Shown one piece after another: positions 25,601-37,433 of a stretch of 64,000 nucleotides of DNA; positions within the stretch are counted from its first letter, which is position 1, and every line of letters begins with the position of its first letter. The notes below the pieces were generated by a model. The model worked only from the letters and a program-made list of their open reading frames with translations, had not been told where the DNA came from and ran no database searches. Origin of the DNA: Octopus bimaculoides (taxonomy: Eukaryota); the NCBI RefSeq assembly GCF_001194135.2, contig NC_068987.1, positions 95,572,565 to 95,636,564 of the forward strand, written 5' to 3'. The translations under genes were made by a program, and so were the position numbers.

Positions 25601-26429
25601 CAAATTACATAGGCACACTGATATATAATCTCACCTCAAATCTGCAAACTTCCCTTCAAACATTCCACCACACAATAAGACATGATACAAATACATTGTG
25701 CGTAGGTCTCCTTCTTTTCCTACATGCATATCCTACATATCCTACATGGCCACGAACATACCCACGAACACCGGTATCGTGAGCTCCCACTACACCTCTC
25801 ACTTTCTCTCCTTCGGTAGTTCCTCCCTCTTCATTCTTCTCACGTTCTCTCTTTCTCTCTTTTTTCTCTTCCCTCTCTCTCACTCTTCCCTTATATTCTC
25901 TCTCACTCCATCCCTCTTTCCCCATTTAACGTCACTGTGACCCAGACTGCGCCTCCACTTCTGGTCGTGTTATTCCAAGTACTGGTTTTTATTCTACTTG
26001 AAACTTGCCCTGTGAACAGATATATTTTTGGTATCACATATTCTTTTCTCTTTCTTTTGCCCCTCAGTCCCCTCTTCAATTCTTTTTTCTTTTCTTTGAT
26101 AAAGAGTATAACTCGAAACATCAAATTCTTTTTTGTTCTTCACTTGGTGCACTGAGCTTCATTGTACACTCCTTTGTTTTGTTTTATTTTCTATTTATAT
26201 TTGTACACTTTTTAGGCACGTACCTTTGTTTGTATAACTTTGCGTAAAATGGTTTTGTTTGTTTGTTAGCTCTTTACCTCAACTTTCACTCATGTTATTT
26301 GTGTGATTTGTGTGCGTGTATGAGAATGTATGCATGTATGTATGTATGTATGTATGTATAGCACCAATTCACATAGTATTGTCACTGTTTCTGAAAGTAT
26401 ATCAATTTAAGTAAAATTTTATTTCACAG

Positions 26430-26564
26430 GTTACTACATGTACATGGAAGCCTCTACTCGGAAAATTGACAGCAAAGCGAGATTATTGTCTCCTTTATTT
26501 GTAGAAACCAACTCTACAATGTGTTTTGAATTTTGGTACCATATGTGGTGCCAAGGAGCAAGAG
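26430..26564 (+). CDS. Class C scavenger receptor-like gene, exon: MAM domain part 2
   Basis: Acceptor tttcacag, donor G|gtacat, 135 nt, phase 1-1. Translates (G)YYMYMEASTRKIDSKARLLSPLFVETNSTMCFEFWYHMWCQGAR, with MAM motifs GYYMY.EAS, ARLLSP and C..FWYHM. Confidence 0.95.
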
Positions 26565-26846
26565 GTACATATTTACTTTATTTGTAATAACTTGTAATAC
26601 TTGGTGAGTAGATTGGCGGGACCTGCTAGAGTGTCGGGTGGTATGTCTTGCGGTATTTGTCTCGGTTTTTTGTCAGCAATGCTTACAACGACACTGGTAA
26701 CGCGAAGAGGGAAAACTTGTATGCATCGGCAATTGCCAGCCTTCTCCAAAGAAAAGACTTGCCTAAGCATGTACATACACATGTAGATGCATGGACAACG
26801 CTGACCGACGAACACATGCTTTATATATATATATATATATGCTGTG

Positions 26847-27185
26847 TGAAGGCGCATGGCTCAGTGGTTAAAGCGTCGAGCTTACGATCTTGAGGTCATG
26901 AGTTCGATTCCCGGACCAGGCTGCGCGTTGTTCTTGAGCAAGATACTTTATTTCACGTTGCTCCAGTTCACTCAGCTGCAGAAATGACTTGCAACGTCAC
27001 TGATGCCAAGCCGTATCGGCCTTTGCCTTTCCCTTGGAAAACATCAGTGGTATGGAGAGGGGAGGCTGATATGCATGGGTGACTGCTGGCCTTCCACAAG
27101 CAACCTTGCCCGGACTTGTGCCTCAGAGGGTAACTTTCTAGGTACAATCCCATGGTCATTCATAACCGAAGAGGGTCTTCTCTTA
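26847..27185 (+). mobile_element. tRNA-derived SINE, family C head with a distinct tail
   Basis: gaaggcgcatggctcagtggttaaagcgtc...gagttcgattccc (A and B boxes), then ttgagcaagatactttatttcacgttgctccagttcactcagctg. Confidence 0.85.
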
Positions 27186-28312
27186 TATGCTGTGTATGAC
27201 AAAGGACTGGCAGATTTGATAGAGGATCGGACAAAATAACCAGCGGATATTATTTACGCCTCGTTATCTTCAGATTTCGAATCCTGGGATGATCAACTTT
27301 GCCCTTCATCCTTCTGGGGTTGATCTAAATCGAATATATCTTCTCTGAAAATATGAGACCTTGTGCTTATGTTAGAAATAAACCATGTCTGTTGGATATC
27401 TGCTACTGACTGCATGTTCATGTACGTCAATGGTTCTTAGATTGTTGGACATGGAGATATTACAGATGAAGTAACACATTTAATTGACAAACCGTTAAAT
27501 ATAGTATTCGAAAATACACTTCATGAATTATAAAAGTAATTTTACGTGTAACAACGATAAATATTTAAAACAAGATTTAAATAATAGTTGCTCGTGTTCT
27601 TACAAGATTATTTCCCTATAATCTCGCATTCTCAAATATATATAAAAAAAACTAAGCTTTATGATCCACGGAGTGAAAGGTTCACCTCTTGAACAATTGT
27701 TCTTAATACATATTATCTAAATGTAAACCAAATGCATCTAAATATACGCCAAATGATGCTCAAGGGATGTTTCTTAATATGGTACTGCTGCAATTCGATG
27801 AAATATTGGCTAATTATACAGTTGTTGTGAGTTATACACAAAGCAATTATAAAAATCTATTGTATGTAGTATGTAAACGCAACTTACTTAGCACCAATTT
27901 ATATATCTAATGCATATGTGAAATGTAAGGTTATACGTGCCAAAGAGGAAGACCCTATGTGATCATTCGACCTGCTAGATATAGCAGTCAAGCTCTCTGA
28001 TATCACTCTTGAAATCGTAAACATGGAGGGAAAAAAAGAGTAAATTGGAATGGTTGCAGCCAGAATGCTTTTGATAAGAGGTTTGCTCGTTCAAAGTTGC
28101 CTAAGGTTGAATAACTACATATACAGCTATTTAATACTGGCGGGTTTTATCAAGTTATTAAATATTAAATGTTAGCTTTTTAATCAAAGGTTCGGTATTC
28201 CATCGACTCGGCCCTTTGTGATCCATCAAATTACATTAGATTATAAAATTTTGGTTTCAAGATTTATATTTTTGCTCATTTTCTTCCTCTTAACACTTGC
28301 AATTTATTCCAG

Positions 28313-28455
28313 AACCTGGTTTTCTACAGATGTATTTGCGCCCAGTAAGTAAATACTTGAATCAGTCCAAGATTCTGTTTAATGAGACCGGTGATCATGG
28401 AAATAAGTGGCACGAGGTAAAGATTCAACTGGAAAACATAACAGAATCGTTTCAG
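28313..28455 (+). CDS. Class C scavenger receptor-like gene, exon: MAM domain part 3
   Basis: Acceptor ttattccag, donor CAG|gtaat, 143 nt, phase 1-0. Translates (E)PGFLQMYLRPVSKYLNQSKILFNETGDHGNKWHEVKIQLENITESFQ, with the MAM motif G.HG..W. Confidence 0.92.
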
Positions 28456-28717
28456 GTAATATAAAAATATTTATGCTCTTTTTGGCACTGTATCTTTTTC
28501 TTTTTCTCTTTTTTTTTTTAAATTTTTAATCGTTCCAGTTAATGACCATATTGGGGGCACTGCCTTTGAAGGGTCTTACTCCAGCAAATTTACTTTTTAA
28601 AGTCTGGTACTTATACTGTCGGCCTCTTTTACCGAATCGCTAAGTTACGGGGACGTAAATAAACTAATACCAGTTGTCAAGTGAAGGTGAGAGGTATCAC
28701 ACGCGCGCGCACATATA

Positions 28718-28769
<52 letters not shown>

Positions 28770-30153
28770 TTATGAGCGATTGTGGTGTCAATTAGACCCA
28801 GAGGTTTCAGGTAATGCTGAGTAAGTGCTATGGATAGACCACAGTCAAGCTCCAGATTCGGTAGTTATGCGAATAAGGGGTCCAACGTAGGTCATATATC
28901 AGCGTGTGAATATAAGTATTTACTTTTCGTAATGAGATAAAAGACCAAGGTTGTGTATAATATAGAACATTTATAAATAGAACATTATAAATGTTCTATA
29001 TTATACACAGCTTTGGTCTTTTATCTCATTACGAAAAGAAAATCCCAATATATATATATATATATATGAACGATGGTCTTCTTTTAGTTTACGTTTACCA
29101 AATTAACTCACAATACACTAGCCCAATGTACCACGCAGTGGGACTGAACCTGAAACCATGTGGTTGGAAAGCAGACTTTATATCGCACAGCCTTGCCTGA
29201 ACCTGATGGAAAATATTCTCTCCTCTTTTAAACATTTTGAATAAAATTTTTCCGACTCATAATTTACATGAAGTTTCAATTCTTCAGGTGACATACCTAT
29301 TCCTATAAAATGGCACTCCGTTGGTCACGATGACGATGGTTCCAGCTGATTCGAACAACGGAATAGCCTGCTCGTGAAATTAGCGTGCAAAGGACTGAGC
29401 ACTTCACAGACACGCGTACCTTTAACGTAGCTTTCAGGGAGCTTCAGCATGAGACGGAATGTGACAAGGCTCACCCTTTGAAATACAGGTGCTAAAGAGA
29501 CCGATAGAATAAGTACTAGGGTTACAAAGAATAAGTCTTGGGGATTTACACGACTAAAGGCAGTGCTTCAAGTTTTATTTCGTTATTTCGGATGAGGAAA
29601 CCAGGTATTTTGTTTACTTAAATTCGCTGTGTAAATGCCCTCAGTTTATTATTTATACATACTGAAAATAAATTATATTGGACAACTTATTAAAACTTAC
29701 TGAAGCTTCGAACTCATATGACTTATTTTCTTTCTGTCATTATCAAAGAATTTTCAAGTAAATTTGTCGCTATGGCTATTGGATACGCTATAAGTATTAA
29801 AATATCTTTATGTGATCTTTGCTAATTTTTGGCACATTAAATGTAGATGGACTACCTTGACGTTTGCTTAAAAAGAGAGATTATGACTGTGATAAAATAA
29901 TGAAAGTAATATTTACTAAGCAAGTGTGCACTATGATACACGAAAATAATTAAACTTAAAATATCATAAAAATTATAAGAATTGGGAATCAAATGTGGAA
30001 ATATTATCGAGTGACTAGCAGAATACCGCCCGGAGGGCTGTCTTTCTGCTAGTATATATAATGTTGATATGTATTATATATGTATGTATGCATTTATGCA
30101 TATACGTATGTATTAATCACTCATGCATTTATGATATTTTGTCTTGTTAATAG

Positions 30154-30238
30154 ATTGTGATACAAGGAGTACGCAAAAAGAATTACCAAAATGACATTGC
30201 AATTGATGACATTCGACTGTGGCGTGTTGCTTGCAATG
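30154..30238 (+). CDS. Class C scavenger receptor-like gene, exon: MAM domain C-terminus
   Basis: Acceptor cttgttaatag, donor G|gtaagt, 85 nt, phase 0-1. Translates IVIQGVRKKNYQNDIAIDDIRLWRVACN, containing the MAM signature DIAIDDI followed by C. Confidence 0.95.
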
Positions 30239-30829
30239 GTAAGTAAAACAACAACCCATGTGCGGATTTACTTGCACCTTTTTGTGTCGTTGATTCAGTT
30301 GACTGAATACTTGTGAGGTTAGTGTCTGGGTCATTGATTAATATTCATTTGTTCGTATGGAATAGTCTTTAACTGGGTTTCGGGCCCGCTTTACATCTCC
30401 GGCTTCTACACTCATCCTACCCTTCATCACTACTCTTTATCATTACTTAACTACCCACAGCAGAAATTATGTCTTCTCTCTCTTTCTTTCTCTCTCTCTC
30501 TCTCTCCCTCTCTCCCTTCCTCTCTCGTTCTCTTTCTCCCTCTTACTCACAGAAACCCGAAACACTAGCAGAAACCCAAAACACTAGATTTTCCATTCCT
30601 TACAGCGATTGTACTTACTAAATTCAATTGAGTGTTCCCTTTTCACCAAATTATAGACGCGAAAGATATAAGCATAAATAAATTAAAAAATCTAAAAATT
30701 GGTTGGTTCTAACAATAATACCCACTACCTGAGTCATATAAACAATCTCTTAACATCCATGACTTCATGAATGCCGTGAACTAGTGATTGGTCCGTTATG
30801 AAAATGTAACAAACGACTCAATTATTTAC

Positions 30830-31143
30830 CAAACGGTTCCTTCTTTCCTATCCCTTGACGTGGTCGCTGGAGCATTCGTTGATGCCGTTGCAACCAGATG
30901 TCGTCACTTCTCTCGGTCTTCTATTGCCCTCTCTGAATTGGTGAGATTGGGACCTGTCCACTCTTTTTATGTTAAACTAGGCGACGACCGATCTGGCATG
31001 GGTTCTGGTCTGGTTGTCATCATCATCAATGTACCATGAGCAAGTTAGCTTTGTGGCGCTCATTCCGCTCAAGCTGTTAGCCACAACCGTATGCCTCTAC
31101 TCGAGGCACGCCTTGGCCCCGAATATGAAATCGTTGAACTAAG
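30830..31143 (-). mobile_element. RTE LINE 3' fragment
   Basis: Minus frame reads NIKEWTGPNLTNSERAIEDREK*RHLV, matching the RTE C-terminal DNIKEWTG...DR..WR motif. Confidence 0.6.
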
Positions 31144-31651
31144 NNNNNNNNNNNNNNNNNNNNNNNNNNNNNNNNNNNNNNNNNNNNNNNNNNNNNNNNN
31201 NNNNNNNNNNNNNNNNNNNNNNNNNNNNNNNNNNNNNNNNNNNNNNNNNNNNNNNNNNNNNNNNNNNNNNNNNNNNNNNNNNNNNNNNNNNNNNNNNNNN
31301 NNNNNNNNNNNNNNNNNNNNNNNNNNNNNNNNNNNNNNNNNNNNNNNNNNNNNNNNNNNNNNNNNNNNNNNNNNNNNNNNNNNNNNNNNNNNNNNNNNNN
31401 NNNNNNNNNNNNNNNNNNNNNNNNNNNNNNNNNNNNNNNNNNNNNNNNNNNNNNNNNNNNNNNNNNNNNNNNNNNNNNNNNNNNNNNNNNNNNNNNNNNN
31501 NNNNNNNNNNNNNNNNNNNNNNNNNNNNNNNNNNNNNNNNNNNNNNNNNNNNNNNNNNNNNNNNNNNNNNNNNNNNNNNNNNNNNNNNNNNNNNNNNNNN
31601 NNNNNNNNNNNNNNNNNNNNNNNNNNNNNNNNNNNNNNNNNNNNNNNNNTT

Positions 31652-31733
<82 letters not shown>

Positions 31734-33089
31734 CCCCTCTCGCTCTCCCTGTTGAATATGAATGCAACCAACTAATTATTCTCTGCGAAGGTTTGCACTC
31801 AGCACAAGTGAATAAAACGTTTACCGATTATTTACCGATGGTACCACTTTATAGGTATGTGGCGTATAGGAATGAAATAGATACTATACACAGAGAACAC
31901 TGTACCTTAACGGAAATGGAATCTGAATTGACAATTATTTGACAGACAACCTAGTATGCTGTATTCTATGACACCAATTTTGAAATAAAATGCAGACTGT
32001 CTCTTGTACACTCGCTCTGTCTACTAGAAACAGCAACTAAATCTCCCTAAAAATATACCTTACCATCTCAAAAGGAGGAGACATAGTATTCCAGAATTAA
32101 ATAAAAATGGAATGATCTGAGCTTGAACACATTTATTTGTTTACTCCAGCATGTTTCCCTACGTCTCGATTCTCCGCTAGCAAGCGCCAATATGTTCTGG
32201 TATATTTTGGTTGCAACTTCCCAGCTCTTGCCTACTCTTTCTGTTTCTGTTACGAGGTCGTATCAAAAAGTTTCAGGTCTAGTAATGTTTAATGAAATAA
32301 TAACTTATTTACCTAAGTTTAAACATCATTTCCTTAGAAATAGTTACCTTGTGCAGCAATACAACGGTCCCAACGTTCCTGCCACTTTTGAAATCCAGTC
32401 TAGAACTTTACTGGAAATAGTATTGGTGTGTGTGTGTGTGTGTGTGTGTGTGTGNNNNNNNNNNNNNNNNNNNNNNNNNNNNNNNNNNNNNNNNNNNNNN
32501 NNNNNNNNNNNNNNNNNNNNNNNNNNNNNNNNNNNNNNNNNNNNNNNNNNNNNNNNNNNNNNNNNNNNNNNNNNNNNNNNNNNNNNNNNNNNNNNNNNNN
32601 NNNNNNNNNNNNNNNNNNNNNNNNNNNNNNNNNNNNNNNNNNNNNNNNNNNNNNNNNNNNNNNNNNNNNNNNNNNNNNNNNNNNNNNNNNNNNNNNNNNN
32701 NNNNNNNNNNNNNNNNNNNNNNNNNNNNNNNNNNNNNNNNNNNNNNNNNNNNNNNNNNNNNNNNNNNNNNNNNNNNNNNNNNNNNNNNNNNNNNNNNNNN
32801 NNNNNNNNNNNNNNNNNNNNNNNNNNNNNNNNNNNNNNNNNNNNNNNNNNNNNNNNNNNNNNNNNNNNNNNNNNNNNNNNNNNNNNNNNNNNNNNNNNNN
32901 NNNNNNNNNNNNNNNNNNNNNNNNNNNNNNNNNNNNNNNNNNNNNNNNNNNNNNNNNNNNNNNNNNNNNNNNNNNNNNNNNNNNNNNNNNNNNNNNNNNN
33001 NNNNNNNNNNNNNNNNGTACGTACATACATATGTGTATATGTATCATGGTAATACAAATGTCATTTCTTTCGTACTTCTTATTTTTTAG

Positions 33090-33772
33090 ACACTTCAAAA
33101 GAATGGAATCCAAGTTCAACTAATAGTGAAAAAATTTCAACATTTAAAAGTGCCTCATATTCCATAACTCCTTCCAGTATCCGTCCATCTTCATCCGTTT
33201 CTCCAGGCAAGCCTACTACGTCAAATGTAGAAAATAATTCTGGTAGATCAGAATTTATCTCAAAATTAAAAGAACCTGTTTCAAAGGTATCAGAAGGAGT
33301 AACAGCACCAAAACTTGGTAAGCATACGCAAACAAGTGCACATGATGCATCTCGTGAAGCAAAAACAGCTACAACACCAACAGGAGTGAATGGTCGAATG
33401 CATTCAAGGAAGTTCACTAAAATGAGTGACACCTCGAAACTTTCCCAGTCTTCAACATCTCCGAAAATGTCCATTGAAATAAAAACGATAGCAAGTGTAA
33501 CAGGCAATGGACACGGTTCTAGTAACACAATTGGAGAAATTAATTCAGCACCTTCTCAAAGGGATTCTCTTAAAGAGAAAGCTAAAGAAAATTACACACC
33601 TCTAGCAATTGGCATTACAGTGGCTTTGTTGCTTGGAGTTTGTGTGATATTCTTCATTGTTTGGTTATGGGCATGGAATCAGGACAAAAAGCGAGCCGAG
33701 GCCGAAAATGAAGAAGAGACACATCCAATTACAAATGCAGCTTCCAATACCAGTCTTCAAAATGCTCTGTGA
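33090..33772 (+). CDS. Class C scavenger receptor-like gene, last coding exon: Ser/Thr-rich stalk, transmembrane helix and ~31-aa cytoplasmic tail
   Basis: Acceptor attttttag, phase 1, open for 226 codons to TGA at 33770-33772 and in frame with track ORF 33386-33772. Ser/Thr/Pro-rich and Cys-free stalk, then PLAIGITVALLLGVCVIFFIVWLWAW, then NQDKKRAEAENEEETHPITNAASNTSLQNAL*. Confidence 0.9.
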
Positions 33773-33932
33773 TGTTTTTGCTTACTATGTTTTTCTGTGT
33801 GAAGAAAATATTGTAAAAACACTTCTGTTGATGCAGCAAAGCATAAATTCAGTTGGTGCAGCGGTTGCATGTGATCTTTCCTGCATGTGATCTTTCCTGC
33901 ATGTTCTCTCTCTATATGTTGTCATAAAGATA

Positions 33933-34827
33933 TTGGGCCATCCCATAAATAATGTGATTTTTTTCAATTGCATGGACTAAAAGTCAGAAGGGAACGAGAT
34001 AAACTATCTGCATCAACATGCTATAAAAGCAGGTAGTAATTTTACCTTCTCCTTATTCTTAGTGCAAGTTTAAAGAGTGCAGTTCGATTTTAACAGTTAT
34101 TTTTTCAAGGCTGTAATGGAAGTTACAAAGGAGCATATTCGGCATATTTTGCTTTATGAATTCAATAAAAGCAACAACGCAGCGGAAAGTGCGAGGAATA
34201 TTATTGCAGTATATAGGGATCGGACAATAAGTGCAAGCCAGTGTCAACGGTGGTTCTAGAAATTCCGAGCCAGAAACTACAGCCTAGAAGACGAACCTCG
34301 CCTTGGAAGATCTGTAGAGATCGACGAGGACGTCCTGCAAATCCTGGTGGTACAAAATACCATTGTAACTGTTGAGGAACTAGCAGAGAAGCTTGGATTT
34401 AGTCATTCAACTATTCATTGATACCTGCGCTAGAATAAAAACGACCATCTTTGCTTTCAAGACAAAAGGTGTTCTTCCACATACGACAAGGATAACATTC
34501 CAAAGGCTAGAGTAGTTTGAGTGGGAAACGATTTCCATCTTCGCCGGACACTGCCCCATGTAATTATCATTTATTCCATAGTCTTCAAAGTCATTTGGAC
34601 AGAAAAAAATATGAATTCTGTAGACGAGGTCAGAACAGTACTGGAGGAGTATTTTCCCTCACGGACAAGTGAACTTTGGAAGAGGGGCGTTGTAAGTCTA
34701 CCAGATAGATGGAAGAGCATTGTAGAAAATGAAAGAGAGTATATTTTATATTAAAGAATAACTTCATCTTAATTTTGAAAAATAAAAGTAGTATAAAAAA
34801 AACTGCATTATTTATGGGATGACCCAA
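33933..34827 (+). mobile_element. Internally deleted mariner transposon with intact TIRs, 160 bp after the receptor stop codon
   Basis: TIRs ttgggccatcccataaataatg and cattatttatgggatgacccaa, with TA on the left. MEVTKEHIRHILLYEFNK...QCQRWF*KFR...SLEDEPR.GR is the mariner HTH, and the C-terminus reads LPDRWKSIVENE.EY. Confidence 0.93.
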
Positions 34828-35098
34828 CACTTATGTATCATGTCTGAAAATATGCGTATAAATTCTGTATGCGGAAGTACCGGTCATCTATAGATGAGTG
34901 TATATAAACGTGGGTGGTTACAGGGACCAACTGTCATAACTTGATGTTATGTATATGATGTAAATAAATGCTATTGCATGCACTCAGATACATTTGTATA
35001 GAACGTATGAGTGTATGTGGATGTTAGTGTATGTGCATGTATTAGTTGTATATCTGTGTATGTAAGGGTGAAAATTGAACTAGAAATTTATTGATGTA

Positions 35099-35195
35099 AA
35101 TAAAGAATTATACAATAAAATGAAATAAAAATACATTTCAAATTTAACATAAAAATCAGTCTAGTAATTTTTATTGTTTTGATTTGTTTTTGCCT
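35099..35195 (+). terminator. Candidate polyadenylation region of the receptor gene
   Basis: Three AATAAA hexamers (35099, 35114, 35124) followed by a T/GT-rich tract. Confidence 0.45.
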
Positions 35196-35650
35196 CTGTC
35201 TTCGTAATTGTGAGAATGAGCGCAATTTCTATCAAATGCAGCCAAGCATTTGTAAAGACCGAAGTTAAGATATGGATAGAGTGGAAAGACACTGAAGAAC
35301 TAATTTCCTCCCGCAGTAAATAACCAACTAAAATTAGGAGTAATCACTTTGAAGGCTCGACATGTCTATCAAACTAACGTTTGAAAATTTTCTATCAGAT
35401 TCTGATTGTTATTTTGTGGATCTCCATTCTCAACATTCTCAGTATTTCTACCTGTAGACCCAGACTATATGACAGAGAGATTGGTGGTGATTTGCGTCGG
35501 CAATTATTAGTCCACTGAACAGTTAATAGAAGATCACAGCTATTAGGCTTTTCTATGAACTCTTTCGTATTAAAAAAAGGATTGTCCTAAACCTTAACTG
35601 ACTAGTTATCTTTCTAGCGTTTAAATAAACTTCATCTAGAAGATAGATTT

Positions 35651-36040
35651 TACATTATTTACATTTGACGGATATTTGTCCTCATCTTGTTTGTTGTTAA
35701 CACAACGTTTCGGCTGATATACCCTCCAGCCTTCATCAGGTGTCTTGGGGAAATTTCGAACCTGGGTTCTCATTCCTAAGGTATTTTTCGATGTTATTAT
35801 TATCGTTATTATTCAGGTCACTGCCTGGAATTGNNNNNNNNNNTCGAACCTGGGTTCTCATTCCTAAGGTATTTTTCGATGTTATTATTATCGTTATTAT
35901 TCAGGTCACTGCCTGGAATTGAACTCGGAATCTTGGGGTTAGTAGCCCGCGATCTTAACCACTACGCCATATTCCTGTGGGCATATCCGTCAAATGTAAA
36001 TAATGTACATAATTCGTCACCTCTTAAATACAGAACTGCA
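35651..36040 (-). mobile_element. tRNA-headed non-autonomous element with a Penelope-type tail, hammerhead motif and inverted tail copy
   Basis: Minus strand: A box TGGCGTAGTGG and B box GAGTTCAATTCC (35904-35984), an AAT linker, then a hammerhead at 35699-35744. A perfect 25-bp inverted repeat links 35651-35675 and 35983-36007. Confidence 0.8.
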
Positions 36041-36460
36041 CGATATATTTTGTTTCCAGATTGTTGGTTACTTCGTCTAGTTTTTGTCATACAATGTCTG
36101 ATACATGTGTTACTACCTTTTATATTTTTGACGTTATAAAAATTTAGAAACGAGAAATAATTCTTTATATATTTATTTTTGAACTGTGGTATTCCAGGCA
36201 GANNNNNNNNNNAAAGTAGCGACGGGCGAAATACCGCTAAGCATTTTGTCCGGCGTGCTAACGATTCTGCCAGCTCGCCGCCTTTTTAAGGCTATAAATA
36301 ATAACGTAAATATTGGGTTAAAAATCCCTCTAGATAGAAAAATCTGAAAGTTGCTCGTGAACCCACATCCCCTGCAAACATGACAAACATTCTCACATTG
36401 GACCAAAGCATCCCTTTGAATTTCTTTATCCATTTTAGAAATTTTATTCTTACCAGCAAG

Positions 36461-36658
36461 AAAGGTAGCGAGCTGGCAGAATCGTTAGCACGCCGGGTAT
36501 TTCTCTTCACTTTCTGAGTTCAAATTCTGCTGAGGTCGACTTTGCCTTTCATCTTTTCGGAGTCGATAAAATAAGTACCAGCTGAGTAATGGAGTCGATG
36601 TAATCGACTATCCCCCTCCCCAAAATTTCAGGCCTTGTGCCTATAACAGAAAGGATTT
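36461..36658 (+). mobile_element. Family-B SINE with a probable target-site duplication
   Basis: Flanked by ttaccagcaag and ttaccagcgag. Confidence 0.8.
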
Positions 36659-37169
36659 TTACCAGCGAGATTTGTTTGTTGTTGCTTTTATCCAGAGGTA
36701 GAAGTATGCAGAAGTTGTGGGTTTGAGTCCCACGGTTAGCCTTCGACTTACGGTATTATTTATATCTTTATCTGCTTCAAATTTCACCGTTCTAAAAAAA
36801 GAGTTATTTCACTTTCTTATTTGTTTTATGTTGAAGTGTTGGCATATTGCTCAATAGCCCAATCTGTTAATTCGATCACGTCTGTGAACTTTGCACTGAC
36901 GTGGTCAATTGTCATCTAATACTAGAAAACAACGATAACAACGAAAATTCATGCACACTGAGAAAAAAATATGAAGCAAAGACGATCAATAGAATCAAAA
37001 ATGAAAATCGGTTTAAAAAAGAGAAGTGAAAAGAAAAATACAGAATACCACCACAAGTATTAACCACCAAAACAGGTAAGGAACTCACAAATATGTTCAG
37101 AACTGAAGTAATTGGTAAGTGCCTGGAATTAACAAACGTCTGACGAATACTCATGAGTATATGGCAGGA

Positions 37170-37433
37170 GGTGGAGGCGCGTGGCCTAGTGGTTAGGGTG
37201 TCAGCACCATGATCGTAAGATTGTGGTTTCGATTCCTGGACCGGGCGGCGCGTTGTGTTCTTGAGCAAAACACTTCATTTCACGTTGTTCCAGTCCACTC
37301 AGCTGGCAAAAATGAGTAACGCTGCGATGGACTGGCGTCCCGTCCAGCTGGGGAACACATACGCCATTGAAACCGGGAAACCGGGCCCATGAGCCTGGCT
37401 AGGCTTTAAAAGGGCGCATTTATTTATTTTATT
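37170..37433 (+). mobile_element. Young tRNA-derived SINE, family C head, with a 12-bp TSD
   Basis: Perfect TSD tatatggcagga at 37158-37169 and 37434-37445, A and B boxes, and an (ATTT)n tail. Confidence 0.92.

Noticed and set aside
33079-33528. 149-aa minus-strand ORF
   Set aside because: It is the antisense shadow of the receptor's last exon.
33866-33904. 16-bp tandem duplication (tgcatgtgatctttcc) in the 3' UTR
   Set aside because: It is real but looks like ordinary slippage, with no evidence of function.
35755-35923. Apparent ~80-bp tandem duplication inside the hammerhead element
   Set aside because: The two identical copies flank a 10-N gap, so this is most likely a contig-overlap artefact.
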